NCBI GenBank assembly: GCA_964199315.1
Contig: OZ116709.1
Coordinates: 13,516,001-13,580,000 of the forward strand
Length of the DNA: 64,000 nucleotides
Direction: 5' to 3'
Origin: Orbicella franksi
Lineage: Eukaryota
Of this stretch, positions 22,814 to 35,323 are shown piece after piece. Below the pieces are notes generated by a model. That model saw only the letters and a list, made by a program, of their open reading frames with translations, was not told where the DNA came from and searched no databases. Position numbers and translations under genes: made by a program. Position 1 is the stretch's first letter. Each line of letters begins with the position of its first letter.

Positions 22814-23756
22814 GACAACATACGGCTGAGGCGCTAAAATGTACATGTATGTGAAACTTGGTCACGATGAATCAACAAGTAAAATGTTTACTATGGAAGT
22901 GACTAACACTATTTTCTTTTTTTCCGTTAACAGAGATAATGACCCTCTCGGTCGCTATTCCTGCGATTTTGTTCAAGAAATGCTTGAAAAAAAGGCCCGC
23001 TCTGTGCTGCAACGATGTTAAGAGTTGCCAATTTGACAGTAAGAACTCATGTCAGTATGAGATGGACTAAACAATGTTGCTTTAACTATGTATATCTCTT
23101 TTTTGTTTACTCCTCTCCTTTGTAACACGATTATATCACGGTGGCTGAACTACGTTTTCTTTCACATCACCACTGTTGTGGCCAATTCCTTCCAAATGAA
23201 TGTCAAAAGGTACTAGAATGTTACTTCTGTCTTGCTGTCAGAGCTGTTGCATTACCATGGGAACACATGTACTTACTGTAAATATGCAACTACGACAACA
23301 GTGTTCAATCGCACTCATAAGATTTTGTCATTGTGTGAAAGAATAACTTGTTTTTTCTTTTTTCTGTTTTCACATTCATCTCCCAATATATTTCACGATT
23401 CCTCTGTTAAATTTCATCATTTGTTTTCTGATGCATACTCCTGTAAATTCTTGAATTTCTTGTAAATGTAAATGACAATGCTTAGTTTCGTCTTATCCCT
23501 AAAGTATACACGGTAATGGTCAAAAAGAAGGCATAGAAGGCTGTTCTCAACTAGATCATAAAACTATAATCCTAGTTGATCTAGTTGAGAACAGCTTTCT
23601 ATGCCTTCTTATGCCACTAGTGCTAGGGTCTTTTAAGCCTCAAGTAAAGACATCAAAGGTTTACGTCTCTGTGATTTCAACGTAAATACATACACGCTAA
23701 CGACATTTTTCGCATCAACAGACTGTTATGTTTTAACGAACAATCCTGTTACTCAC

Positions 23757-23829
23757 CACTCACAGATTGAAAGGTACTGGAAGCAAGTTCACTGTCCTTC
23801 TTGGCTAGTTTGGTCTTAAGCATTTCATT
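23757..23829 (-). CDS. CLIP1: CLIP1-like exon (NEMLKTKLAKKDSELASSTFQSVS)
   Basis: TTTCTAG acceptor, G|GTGAGT donor, phases 0/1. Confidence 0.82.
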
Positions 23830-24592
23830 CTAGAAAGGAAATAGCAAGTTTTTACCGCAGTCAGATCATGAGTTACTTATGTCAGAAATGCAAAAAAAAA
23901 AAAAAAATTGGGGGTCACCGATTTCGTTTCGGAGATAAAGCTTGTGGAAAACAACCGTGATTTTGAAAAATTGGCGCACGTAATTCAGCATGGTCTAAAG
24001 GTATTTAGAGTTAAAAGCATCGAAGGTGAGTCAACGGAGGCAAACGATCTTAGTCATATTTTGTAGAAGTGGGTCTGTTGCGTAAATAATTCACAAAACT
24101 TAACCCTTCAGGAGGCATTTGAAACCGTCGCACAGATAAACGAAGAGCTAAAATGAACAGAATTCGATGCATTTTACAAAAAATTCAAAATTAAACTTTT
24201 TTCGCTAAACGTAGAAAATCGGTAGAGAAAATGATCCATCAACAGAAAAATAGGGGTCACCGAACGTCCACGATCGTTAAATCCAGGCAAAGCTATAGCA
24301 ATGGCCATCTGCCCTATCATTGTTCATTTTATTACTTAGCGTGCGCTTTCATGCATGACGTGGCATGTGAATTTGTGTGCTCAGTAAAGATGCGCAGAAA
24401 CAATTAGTTCGAACGTCCTTACGCTGAGTAATTGAGGGAACTTGTGAAGGTCTTAAAGTACACATAGCGCAGTAAATATGACGTTGTACATGACAGGATA
24501 ATAGCCGCACAAGTTTTACAATGTAAAACTTCATACTTGAAGGGCTGTGTGTAACTAAGGGTCTTAATTCTGGCTAACATGATGCATCTTAA

Positions 24593-27500
24593 GAGCTTCT
24601 CCCTGAGAGGCCGGGGCAGACTTGGAAATGAAGGTCGGCCGATTTCGCTTAAAATTGGTACACAAAGTCGTTATGTGGACTTATGTAATATGCCAAAGTT
24701 TCAGGTTCAACGACCATTTTTTAGCCGAGTTCTGGATATCAGCCCCTCAGGGGTCCTCAGAGGCTGATTTTTAGTGTAATTTTGGCCACTTTTCATTCTC
24801 TCTTTTAGCAATGTAAAATTAATTTCAGACAAAACCAAAACCATATTTGTAACGCCCTATCCTTAGGCTTCTATGGGTAAAAACATTAGCTCACGAGAAA
24901 TTTTCGTTAGCCTGTGGCTGTGATCACAACTTAGTCCTATTTGAAGCATATGGGGAGTAACCGGACATAAGTTTCCCCTCACCTTCCAGTCCCCCGGGTA
25001 CATGGTACAAATGCTACATAAAATTTAGTTTCAAATCCGTCAGTAGGCAAGTTTCTAGTTTATGGTTTGAAAATATATATTTCCTTTAAATAATTTACTT
25101 TGGGATCATTGATTGTTTGTTAATTGTGCAGCTGGTGTCTAAAAATCTCTCCTAAAAAGTAATTAAGAGTTTGACAGGAAGTGCGTAGTAGGTAACTTCT
25201 CTAAAAATGTTTCGTAGTAAAAAAGCCTCAACCTCAGTATTTTTTTCTTGGTATTACTAAACTAAGGGCTGAACTTTGCAGGGATACTAAGACTTCATGA
25301 TATAAAAAATGGGCATAGAAAATATGCGGTCTAAAAAACAGGCCTATACGTTGATAACAAGAAAAGTAATCAAAATACAATGAAACAAGTTGTTTACTGA
25401 GTGTATAAGCTAGGTGGGAAAAGCTGAGAAAAAAAAGCCTTATTTATGGGACTCTGCCTTGTTTCCATGGCAACCTTGCTTTGTCAGGCATAATTACCCT
25501 AAGTTTGACTTTTCTCATCTAATTCTCTGTTTTTTATTGACGTTTTCAAGGTTTCTTGGGACAAACATAGTTTTTTTGCACCTTTTAATTCCTTTAGTAC
25601 CCTTTCTCTTCTCTTTTAATTTTGTTATACCTGGCAAACTGAAACAATATTTTGATTTCATGAAATAGTCATGAAATCCAGACTGGTGGGTTCGATATGA
25701 CGGATGTTTTGAAATTTATGCAGATGATGATGGAACAACGATCCTTGAACCAGTGGAACGAATTAAAGACATTAAAGCGTGTAAAAAAATCTTTGAACGT
25801 GCAAAATAAATTTATGTGTGATGAACATGCATGCAGTCACTCTAACCTTGGATGCTTATGGATGCAATAGGTATTACAATGCCGAACGCCTGAAATATGC
25901 TATCTGAAACGTCAGCGGTAACCTTCTTTGATTTCTTCAAAAAGGGTGCTGACATGGCCCACTCTGGTCACGCAAACGAGTGAATTTTTGGCGGTGACGT
26001 GGGCAATCTTCTTTAATTCATACTTTAACTTCCATTCGGGGAAATTTTCAACTCTATGGTAAGTGGCCAGTTTATTACCACCAGTGCCCACTTTAATTTG
26101 GCCAGCAGGTGGGTAACATCTCGATCTAAGGTCGCTAACGGGAGAGTCACAGCAGCCTCTGGCGGCTTGTTATCTCGTGCCCCGCATATGTCATCTTCTT
26201 TCCAAACGGGACACTGTATAATCATGTTTTCAGTTTTCGAGGAGACTAAATTGTAATAGCCAGACTTTTTCGCTCCTCTGCCTTTCAAGCACACTCAAAT
26301 GAAACAAATTCACTTAAAGAATGAATAGATTTAATAAGTTTAATTAATTGATCGCAGGTAGTTTCTTTTCTTGTAAATAAACAATCCAGCAGGCAAGATG
26401 TCCATGTGCTGGCCATATATTCATTTCACGGTTGCATTTTATCAATTTACGACAGACTGAAGTAAACATGTAACGTAGTAACGCGTTCGGATTCTATACA
26501 AAACTGACAACTGCCTAGCGCATAACACGGTCGCGGCCTAATGGTTGCGGCTGGACTCCGGATCGAGCGCTCCTGGTTACTAGGGCGTTGTCATGTCGTC
26601 TTGGGAAAGGCAATTTTCTTTCACAGTCTCTCTTCACCCAGATGTATAAATGGGAGCCGGTGATTATCATCTTGTTCAGAAAAGAAGAGCAATAACCAAT
26701 TTAAGCTCCAGCAGGCATGAGGCACTGGACTTTGTGACGACTTACCATATCACCTACACCAAGCATACTGGTCGTCCTGGGGATTACCACTTCTTTTTTT
26801 ATGGAAATCGGAGTTAAGGGCCAGCAATTCTACAGCTAGGGTGCTATAAGCAGTAGTCTTTGAAGGAAAATCCACTCCTCCCCTGTCCTATCTTTGGATA
26901 TATGCAGTACACCGATTTAGTCTGGATCTGTACGGACTGAGAAAGCAGCAAAAGGAAAATCCCGATAGAGAAAGGGAAAGTGTGCCAATGAGTAATTTTC
27001 TGGTAATTTAGTCAGACATTCAGCGACTTGGCGGGGAAAACGGACCGTCTTGGACTTCCCCAATTTATAATACCTAGGCCGTTTGCACCAGGGGACTGGG
27101 TATGAATAAGTATTCTGTAGCATATCCATTCGTTCTTTAGGTTCTCATGCAAGGTCTCTACCTGATGATTCTCTGCAGTATCAAGGAGACAAATCTAGAC
27201 GAGAAAAAAACTGAATTCCAAGACAATCATAGCCAGCAAACTTCAGATGAGTTGGCGTGTCGTGACCTCGTCACGTACGGTATGAACCCACCTGAATTTT
27301 CATTACTCGCAGCGATGCACTCACGATCAATTTATCGCTGGGGCTAAGGTTTTTAATGTTGCTTCACTTTTAATGGATTATAAGAAAGGGGCGTGCCTCT
27401 AAACCGTATAGACTGGAATAGTGAGACTGCATTTAATTTTACAATTAGCTATAAATATATTCGAAATTTATTCGAGGTTCAAAGCGATTTTCAAGTGGTG

Positions 27501-28337
27501 TCATGAGAGACGTTGTGATTGCATTTAAAGTGACTGATAAGTTGTTTTTCTTCAGAAAAGAAGTCCAGCAACTCCATTATCCGTAATTTTCAAGACTTTT
27601 TCCACAAAATTTGTAACCATTGCCGGACCAAAATCTGATCGGTCGTAAAAAAGTCACATGAAAATTTCTGATTAACGGCAAGCCTTTTCGGTTAGAATTA
27701 ACTTCACAGTCTCTAATTCCCGACTTAGAAGAAAAAAATGGTATTTATCGAAATCAAATGGCTGATTTTTACAGACACGCTTTGTTGAAGCTTAAACCGG
27801 AAGTGGCCTGGTTAGTCATCTTCTCGTAAGTTTTTTCTTAGTAAAAAAGCCTCAACCTTAGTATTTTTTCTTGGTATTACTAAACTAAGGGTTGAACTTT
27901 GCAGGGATACTAAGACTTTACGATATAAAACATGGGCATGGAAAATATGCGGTCTAAAAAACAGGCCATGTCCGGTTACTCCCCATATGCTTCAAATAGG
28001 ACTAAGTTGTGATCACAGGCTAACGAAAACTTCTCGTGAGCTAATGCTTTTACCCATAGAAGCCTAAGGATAGGGCGTTACAAATATGGTTTTGGTTTTG
28101 TCTGAAACTAATTATACGTTGCTAAAAGAGAGAATAAAAAGTGGCCAAAATTACACTAAAAATCAGCCTCTGAGGACCCCTGAGGGACTGATATCCAGAA
28201 CTCGGCTAAAAAATGGTCGTTGAACCTGAAACTTTGGCATATTACATAAGTCCACATAACGACTTTGTGTACCAATTTTAAGCGAAATCGGCCGACCTTC
28301 ATTTCCAAGTCTGCCCCGGTCTCTCAGGCAGAAGCTC
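24593..28337. mobile_element. Sola3-like DNA transposon derivative (3.7 kb)
   Basis: TTAA|GAG...CTC|TTAA; about 370-bp TIRs (24593-24968 / 27968-28337); decayed Cys/His ORF on - (CGARDN..LPLATLDRDV..CPRHRQKF..CQHP). Confidence 0.7.
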
Positions 28338-28478
28338 TTAATGAGAATAGGAGTATACATCCTGCTTATTGAAATATCACAGCTGAGGTTTTGGTTATCA
28401 TTAAAAAGATCCTTCACCTAAAGTTACGTAAATTTTCACATGAAATGATACTTAAACCCTTGGCATGTTACATCTTAC

Positions 28479-28596
28479 CTCTTTCTTATAACTACTTATT
28501 TCATCACTCTGTTTCTTTGCCAATGATTCAATAGTCTGTAACTGCCTCTTCAAATCTTCCCTTTCAGAATCTGCAGCAACTTTTGCATTACTCTCT
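28479..28596 (-). CDS. CLIP1: CLIP1-like coiled-coil exon (ESNAKVAADSEREDLKRQLQ...SYKKE)
   Basis: ACAG/GTAAGA boundaries, phases 2/0. Confidence 0.85.
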
Positions 28597-29032
28597 CTGT
28601 TAAGAAATAAGACAAAGATGTCTATTTAAATGACATTGACATGGTTTATGCAGCCCCTCAAGTTATTTAATACACTGATGGCTCCTTGAACAGATCTGAT
28701 ACCATTGGTTTCTGGAAGCAGAAATTCGTTCAAGTCTTCCTGTAGTCTTTGTCTATAGCTCAATGACTGCCCTGAAATGACATTGCAACATGCACGAAAT
28801 CTTTCTCACTCCAAAAAGCTTTTACATGAATTTTCTAAACCGTATAAGAGCAAACAACTGAAAGTTTCTTTTTCCCAAGACATTTCATTGGCAGTAATGT
28901 TCTGCAGGGGATTATTATTTTATCATACTGGAATGTTACTTGGTTTCATGTATGGCAGTTTTGCTAATAGGTATATTTCCGAAATAAATGTATAAGCCTA
29001 CTCAATGTGACTTCTTTTTAAGGAAGACCAAC

Positions 29033-29106
29033 CTTGTTTTACATTCTAACAGTTGCAAATTGATGTCCTCAATTTCTTTCTGCGCTTTTACCATTGCCTC
29101 TGACAG
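29033..29106 (-). CDS. CLIP1: CLIP1-like coiled-coil exon (LSEAMVKAQKEIEDINLQLLECKT)
   Basis: TTACAG/GTTGGT boundaries, phases 0/2. Confidence 0.82.
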
Positions 29107-29513
29107 CTGTAAGACAAGCAAACAAATGTTGCAATAAACAAACTATATCATAAAAAACAACAAACAATCGTGCATTTTAGTATTGCGATGATATTGACTA
29201 ACAATAACTAAATGAATATTTATCAAGGAATGACAACATTTCTTTGTTGGAGAACACGCCAGTCACTCATGTATGTGCATTTAAAGCAAATCAAAGTTCT
29301 CAGATCCACTTTTCCAAGTTGTATAACGTTTCCCAGTATCTATTATTTATTTTTCCTCTTGGATGTAAACTGTTTTGAGTTTTCCCTGAACCAAAGTGGC
29401 TCTCAGGAGATGTTGCCGGGCTGAATTAATTTGTAACTAGTCTTTGGCTAGTTGGCCACTGTTTGTCTTGCGCCAGGCTGTCAAAGCGTACTTGGAAATG
29501 TGTTGCTTCTAAC

Positions 29514-29634
29514 CTTGTTCTTTTCAGCTTGATCCTTCTGAACAGCATCCACACTTTGCTGGAGTACTTGGTTTTGTTGTGTCAAGTCGTTCATTTCCTT
29601 GATCATTTGGTCTTTCTCTAGAAGAGCGTCCTTG
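29514..29634 (-). CDS. CLIP1: CLIP1-like coiled-coil exon (KDALLEKDQMIKEMNDL...QAEKNK)
   Basis: GTCAG/GTTAGA boundaries, phases 2/0. Confidence 0.82.
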
Positions 29635-29910
29635 CTGACAACAAAAACGGTATAAAATTCAGCTACATTTGATGCTATTGGTATTTAAGCCGTTCTTTGG
29701 CCTCAAAAGCAATTGCCATAGATGTATAATTGCATGTGATTGACTCCATTATTTTGAACATTATTAGACGCTTTGCACTTTGTTAGGAAGAACTCGAAAA
29801 GGCCTTGGCATCAAACAAACGTTATTTTGTTGGCGATCAAAATCTTGCTATTCATTTGACAATTTAAATGTATCTACTCAATTCACCAAACAGAAGGCAT
29901 GAATACATAC

Positions 29911-30017
29911 ACTTCACTCTTCAATTGATTGACCATTGCCTCTGCCTCTGAAGCTGACAAACTGAGCTGGCGTAGCTGTTCTTCTTTGCTGCATGCCTGA
30001 GATTTTGCAACTTCGAC
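29911..30017 (-). CDS. CLIP1: CLIP1-like coiled-coil exon (VEVAKSQACSKEEQLRQL...QLKSE)
   Basis: CTTAG/GTATGT boundaries, phases 0/2. Confidence 0.83.
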
Positions 30018-30066
30018 CTAAGATAAGATTAGAGCTGTATGGATACTTTTGTACGAAGGCATTTAA

Positions 30067-32690
30067 AGTGCATATGACACGAAAAATATTTTTTGCTTAT
30101 TTGAAAGGCCCTTCAAAATACAGAACAATGACGTTTTTCTTTTTGAAATATCTTTTTTCGTTTTAGAAATATTGACGTTTTTCTATTATGCAAATTAGAT
30201 TAGTGATGACGTCATATTGTTTGCAACTAAAAATGGTAAAATACTGAATAAACGATATCTCTAGGAATATTGAAGCAGTGTTCTTGAAACTTGGCACCCC
30301 AGATGTACATCACAAAAGAAACAAAATGACACCCTTGGTAATTATGACTATGGTAAAATCAAACTGGCACTTACCAGTCTATGTGCTTTATACAAAGCCT
30401 TAAAGAGCCAGTTCGTTTAATAAATGATTCTGAGGAAGGCAATCACAGAGTCTAATAATAGTTCAACTATTGTACAAAATGTTGTTGTTACTAGTTGAAA
30501 TAGTCATGATAGAAGTTCATGGTGCTTGTATGAATATAACCAAAGAATAGATGGAAGGTGCTGAATTCATTATTTGATGTTAAGTTCTCAAGACCACATT
30601 GTTGTTTTCAGTGAAGTTGACAGCTGTAGTTCCAACAAATATAATACATGTAGTTCTTTCTTTGTGATTTGTGTTATTAACTGCATGAACTCCAGTGATG
30701 CTGTCCCTGCATTTTCACCCTGTTCATTTTTTTGTAACTTCAGATACTGTAACTGGTACTAAATCCAGAATGAATATAGTTGGCTGCAGTGCTGTATGTC
30801 TCTGTTAATTACCATGTGCAAGTAACTACATGACTGTATATCATTCCAGTTCTTATAGCGTATTTTAGTAGTCTCCATAGTCCAGTGGCCAATGTATGTG
30901 AGATAAGCTCTGAATGATCCGCTATTTTATAAGAAGATATAACAAGTGTTAGCAACAATTGTTTTAGTAAAGCTGTTGGTCCACCCTGACACCACACCTG
31001 TTCTGGATGCTTCACGTTTTGTCTTCTAGATGACTTTTTTGCAATTTCCTGTATGTGATCTGAGTTCTCTGCTTTCCGTTTCCTTTTAGACTTTTTGTCA
31101 ATTTCTCTTTCGTGTTCTGGGTTGGTCATTTTCCTTCTTGTGACAGTTTGTTTCCTTTTCTCCCTAATTGTTTTAATATTTTGTACCTTTGCATGGAATT
31201 TTGACTCTCTCTTTTTCTAAAATCTGCACTAGCTCTTCTCTTTTTCATGTATTCTTTCATGCAACCTTGATCAGCTCTGTATTTTTCCTGTTTATCAATT
31301 TTTTTCTTTCAACTACAGTTTGATCACATGTTTTGTTGTTTGATACCTGACAATTTCTCGTTTCTACCGTAGAAACATAATGAGTTTTACTTAGGTGTCC
31401 AATGTAAATGTTTGTGTATTCTCCTGTCACATTCACTGCTTGAACAACAGTAACAGGAGCAAACGTTTGAAATGATTCAGCGATATGAATTGACAGATTT
31501 AGGCAATTGGCCAGTGCTTGAATTATAATTGCATCAGCCCGTGTTCCCTGACATGACATATTGTTCAAATAGTCTTGCCAAGAATGATCAGTGTTACTCT
31601 CTATGAACTGTTCAAGGTTCTGCAGTAAAGTACTTGACTTTACGAGCACTTCCCGAGGACAGCCGAAGTACGGTCGATCTATCAATTCCATTTTCTTTGA
31701 AAAAAAAATGAACCATGACCGAGAATAACCATAAAAAACCTTTAATTGTTTAAGATACAAACTGTAAGTGCTTACCTGGCAATGGCACGAAGGCTTTTTC
31801 TCACAACAATGAACGACTCCAGTCCAGAAACGTTCGGCAAGCCATTCGTGGGCTCAAACTTTACGAACCACTTCCCAACGTCGATACAGCTCCAGGAATA
31901 ACGAACAGAGCCATCTTAAAGGAGTCACTTAACCAGTGTGCCATGGGCGACACTTTATAATCGGTCTCGGCGAGCGTGAAGCTCAACTTCGCGAACACTC
32001 GAGTCTTTTGAGCCCGTGGTGGAATTAACCAAAAGATCAGCGTTTTGATACTACTTAACAAAATAGTTATTTTCGCCTCGTCATAATCACTTGTAAACGT
32101 GGTTCTGTGGTACTGCAAGGAACCTTCTAATCCGCCCTGCCATCAAGAGGTGGAGAATTCAAATCCGTCGCCCGCCTGAAACTTTTTTATTTTTCTTAAT
32201 TTCTTTTCTTTTTTATCTTTTTTCTTTCTCGGACACACAAATCATTTTCCTGTATATATATATTAAAAAAATTGAAGCACTGACACGATAAATGAAATAT
32301 ACGCTGCAAACTGCCAAAAGTATATTCGGAGATTGGCCAAACTTAATTCACGGATGAAAAACGTATAGTTTTAAACTCTTTTAAGATTCTCATTGGCTTC
32401 TTTTTCACCCACCACTATTCTTAGCAACAAAGATGGCCATTTCTTTTGTTTATTACTCGCCAAAAACTATCAAATGCACGTAAAAGCCTGAAATCGAAAA
32501 AAAAGTTTACAGGAATCGACCAATCGAGCGAGCGAGCGAGTGCCATTCTTCACATCATATCTACAACTCGCTCTTACGCATGCGCGCAATTCACGAGTTA
32601 AAAAGATATTTCAAAAAGAAAAACGCCATTCTTCTGTATTTTGAAAGGCCTTTCAAATAAGCAAAAAATATTTTTCATGTCATATGCACT
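30067..32690. mobile_element. Kolobok-like TIR element enclosing a Helitron-type gene remnant
   Basis: TTAA|AGTGCATATGACACGAAAAATATTTTTTGCTTATTTGAAAGG ... CCTTTCAAATAAGCAAAAAATATTTTTCATGTCATATGCACT|TTAA. Confidence 0.75.
30400..32140 (-). pseudogene. Decayed, intron-containing OTU-domain gene of Helitron type, followed by a K/R/E-rich region
   Basis: FIESNTDHSWQDYLNNMSCQGTRADAIIIQALANCLNLSIHIAES...IYIGHLSKTHYVST is an OTU C-terminal half; upstream frame MAGRIRRFL... has several in-frame stops; GTAAGC donor at about 31775. Confidence 0.7.
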
Positions 32691-32796
32691 TTAAGATTAG
32701 CTTTTGCGTTGTTATTGGTAGTAATGAAAGCCATATCAACTGCTTTTGGGATAGAAGTACGTGTATTAACACAAGTAATTGCACTTGACAATGTAC

Positions 32797-32925
32797 CTCG
32801 TTTTGAAGTTTATCACAAGCAGTCTTCATCTCATTTAGCTTTGTTTCCATGTCTTGCTTCTCTTTGTCAATTTTAGTTTTTGCCTTACAAAGCACATCTA
32901 GCTCTTCCTTTGTTTTGGTGTTTTC
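32797..32925 (-). CDS. CLIP1: CLIP1-like coiled-coil exon (ENTKTKEELDVL...DKLQNE)
   Basis: CACAG/GTACAT boundaries, phase 0/0. Confidence 0.85.
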
Positions 32926-33027
32926 CTGTGCAACAGTGCAAGTAGATTAATCCTGTTAACCTCTTATACATATAAGATAACTAGGCAGGCAAGTGACACG
33001 AACAAGGGAAATTAGGTATGTACTAAT

Positions 33028-33516
33028 ACTGTGTCTATTGCAAGCGGACATTCTCGTAAGCGGCTGCGGACACTTTGAGGCTTTTCCTTCGTTTTTAAGC
33101 TCCCGTAAACGGACACTTGAAAGGAAGGGCCTGACTTTGAAAGATACTCATCAACATTTGTAAACTGTAACACGGCTTTTTGTTGCAGTGAGACTGTTAT
33201 GCTAGCTACAATTACGGTCTGTTATTTAATCACTGAGGGCCAGTCCTACTACGGCAGTATACAATGCTGCATACATGCAGTTATCGCCATTATCGCAATA
33301 AAACAACAACAAAAAATAATAATTTGGTGGTACTTTTGCATTCCCAATGTTAATGGTAAGCTGGGCAAGCTCCCGTAGGCGGCCACCTTTCCTTTACAAC
33401 TCTAGTGGCCGCTTACGAAAACACTCACGAAAACTAAAACTCGTAAGCGGCCAGCTCCAGTTATGGACAGCGTTTTCGCGTCCCGAGGGTGTCCGCTTAC
33501 GAGGGCCTAGCTGTAT
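33028..33516. mobile_element. MITE (Tc1/mariner-like ends)
   Basis: Repeated CTCGTAAGCGG motif and the inverted CCGCTTACGAG near both ends. Confidence 0.5.
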
Positions 33517-33571
33517 CTGTAAACTGATCCCACCTCGTAAAAAGTAATAATGGGAATAATTTATTGTTTAA

Positions 33572-34125
33572 AGTGTCACTATGATCAAATTCTCCATACC
33601 CATTTTTTTGCATTTTCGTACACAATAGGTCTTTCCTAGATTTTTTGCCAAATTTCAGTCTACTACGAACATTAGAACTCATGTCGTTTGGATCTTTATT
33701 TCCGAGAATTTACGGCCGCCATTAATTTTCCTTGTTCCAAGTCTTGGTTGAGAATTTGAGAAAATGATGTCATTTTCTCAAAAATAGCACACGGGTTGAA
33801 ATTATAATAACAATTAGCACAGCAATTCGCATAAAGAGTAACAAAAACTTTGGCTCATATATTCGTGCAATTTTTTACATTAATTGTTATCATAATTTCA
33901 ACCCGTGCGGTATTTTTGAGAAAATGACGTCATTTTCTCAAATTTTCAACCAAGACTTGGAACAAGGAAAATTAATGGCGGCCGTAAATTCTCAGAAATT
34001 AAGGTCCAAAAACCACGAGTTTTAATGTTCGTAGAAAACTGAAATTTGGCAAGATATCTAGGAAATACCTAATGTGTACGAAAATGTAAAGAAATGGATA
34101 TCGAGAATTTCATCATAGTGGCACT
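33572..34125. mobile_element. Kolobok-like foldback MITE, copy 2
   Basis: TTAA|AGTGTCACTATGAT...ATCATAGTGGCACT; palindromic; paralogue of 17787-18351. Confidence 0.8.
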
Positions 34126-35110
34126 TCAAGTTCCTGTCTTAAATAGTGGATTTGAACATTTCAATCTAATTTGTCCTTTACAAAGGCTATTATTATTATT
34201 ACTATAACTTTTATAATAATCTGGTGACTTTAATTATGCAATCTGACATGTACAACTGCACAATTTTCATTAAATGCAAAGACAGCACTTGTTAAACGTT
34301 GCCAGTCTTCAAGAAAATCGTGTGCAGTAGCGGATCTAGGGGGTGGCCAGGGGACCCCCCCCCCCCCCCGCCTTATTGGGAGAAATACTTAAGGTCAAAT
34401 GGGTGGAAACATCTTTGGGTCCACACCTTTCTAACGGGCCGAAACATTTTTGAGGGCCAACCTTTAAAAGAGGTCTGGATCTGTTAGTGGTATGGTTTCA
34501 GGCACACAGAAGGCAACTGAAAATGTCCTGCTTTTGAAGCCAAATGTAGTTCTTACAAAACTTTCAATAAACTAGTTGTGTGGAAAAAGATTTTCTTTGC
34601 ATATTTTGTTGTCTCGTAAGAGTCGCATTCATGAAGATTTCCTGGCAATTCCCATGACTTCCAAGTTCCCCCTGAAAGCCAAGCTGGTAGTGCATGCAGT
34701 ATTTTTCATTCAGCTCAAATTCCGCGAGCAAATGTGCAAACAGGGATAAACCAAGTTATTCTCTCAAATTTGACTTTCTACAGCTTTGGAAATACCTGAT
34801 TTCAAAAGGAAAACAATTTAGGCAGCTGTTGAAAAATCTAACAACCCACCAAGAAAGGAAAAGAAAGAAGCTTTGGATTGGCAGGAAGCTGTCGTTTCAG
34901 ACATTTCATTACACCACTTCAAAACATAACATAACTACTATATATCACTGTGAAGCTCTAGCTGCTTTTTATTCTTATTACAATATTGTTTAAAGAAAAT
35001 TCTGCTTCTGATGATAGAAAGTGCCATACTAAGCTTATCTGAATTTTGGTTTAGAATAAAAAGTAAGTTGTATTTTACAGTTTGTTCCCTGAGTACAAGT
35101 CCTAACATAC

Positions 35111-35323
35111 CTGTGTTACATTGTCAAAAGTTTGCACCAAGTTTTGGTGTTCTTGGTTAAGCATGGAGTACTTCTCAGCAAATTCCTGGAGTTTACTTTG
35201 TGCATCTCCCTGAGCCCCCATGACCAGGCTCTTCTCTGTTTGCACAGATTCCAGCTGTAACTGTACCGCAGCAAGCTCTTGCTGTGACGCCTTGAAATCT
35301 GACTGCAGCTTACCGTGTTGCTC
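35111..35323 (-). CDS. CLIP1: CLIP1-like coiled-coil exon (EQHGKLQSDFKASQQEL...FDNVTQ)
   Basis: CACAG/GTATGT boundaries, 71 codons, phase 0/0. Confidence 0.87.
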
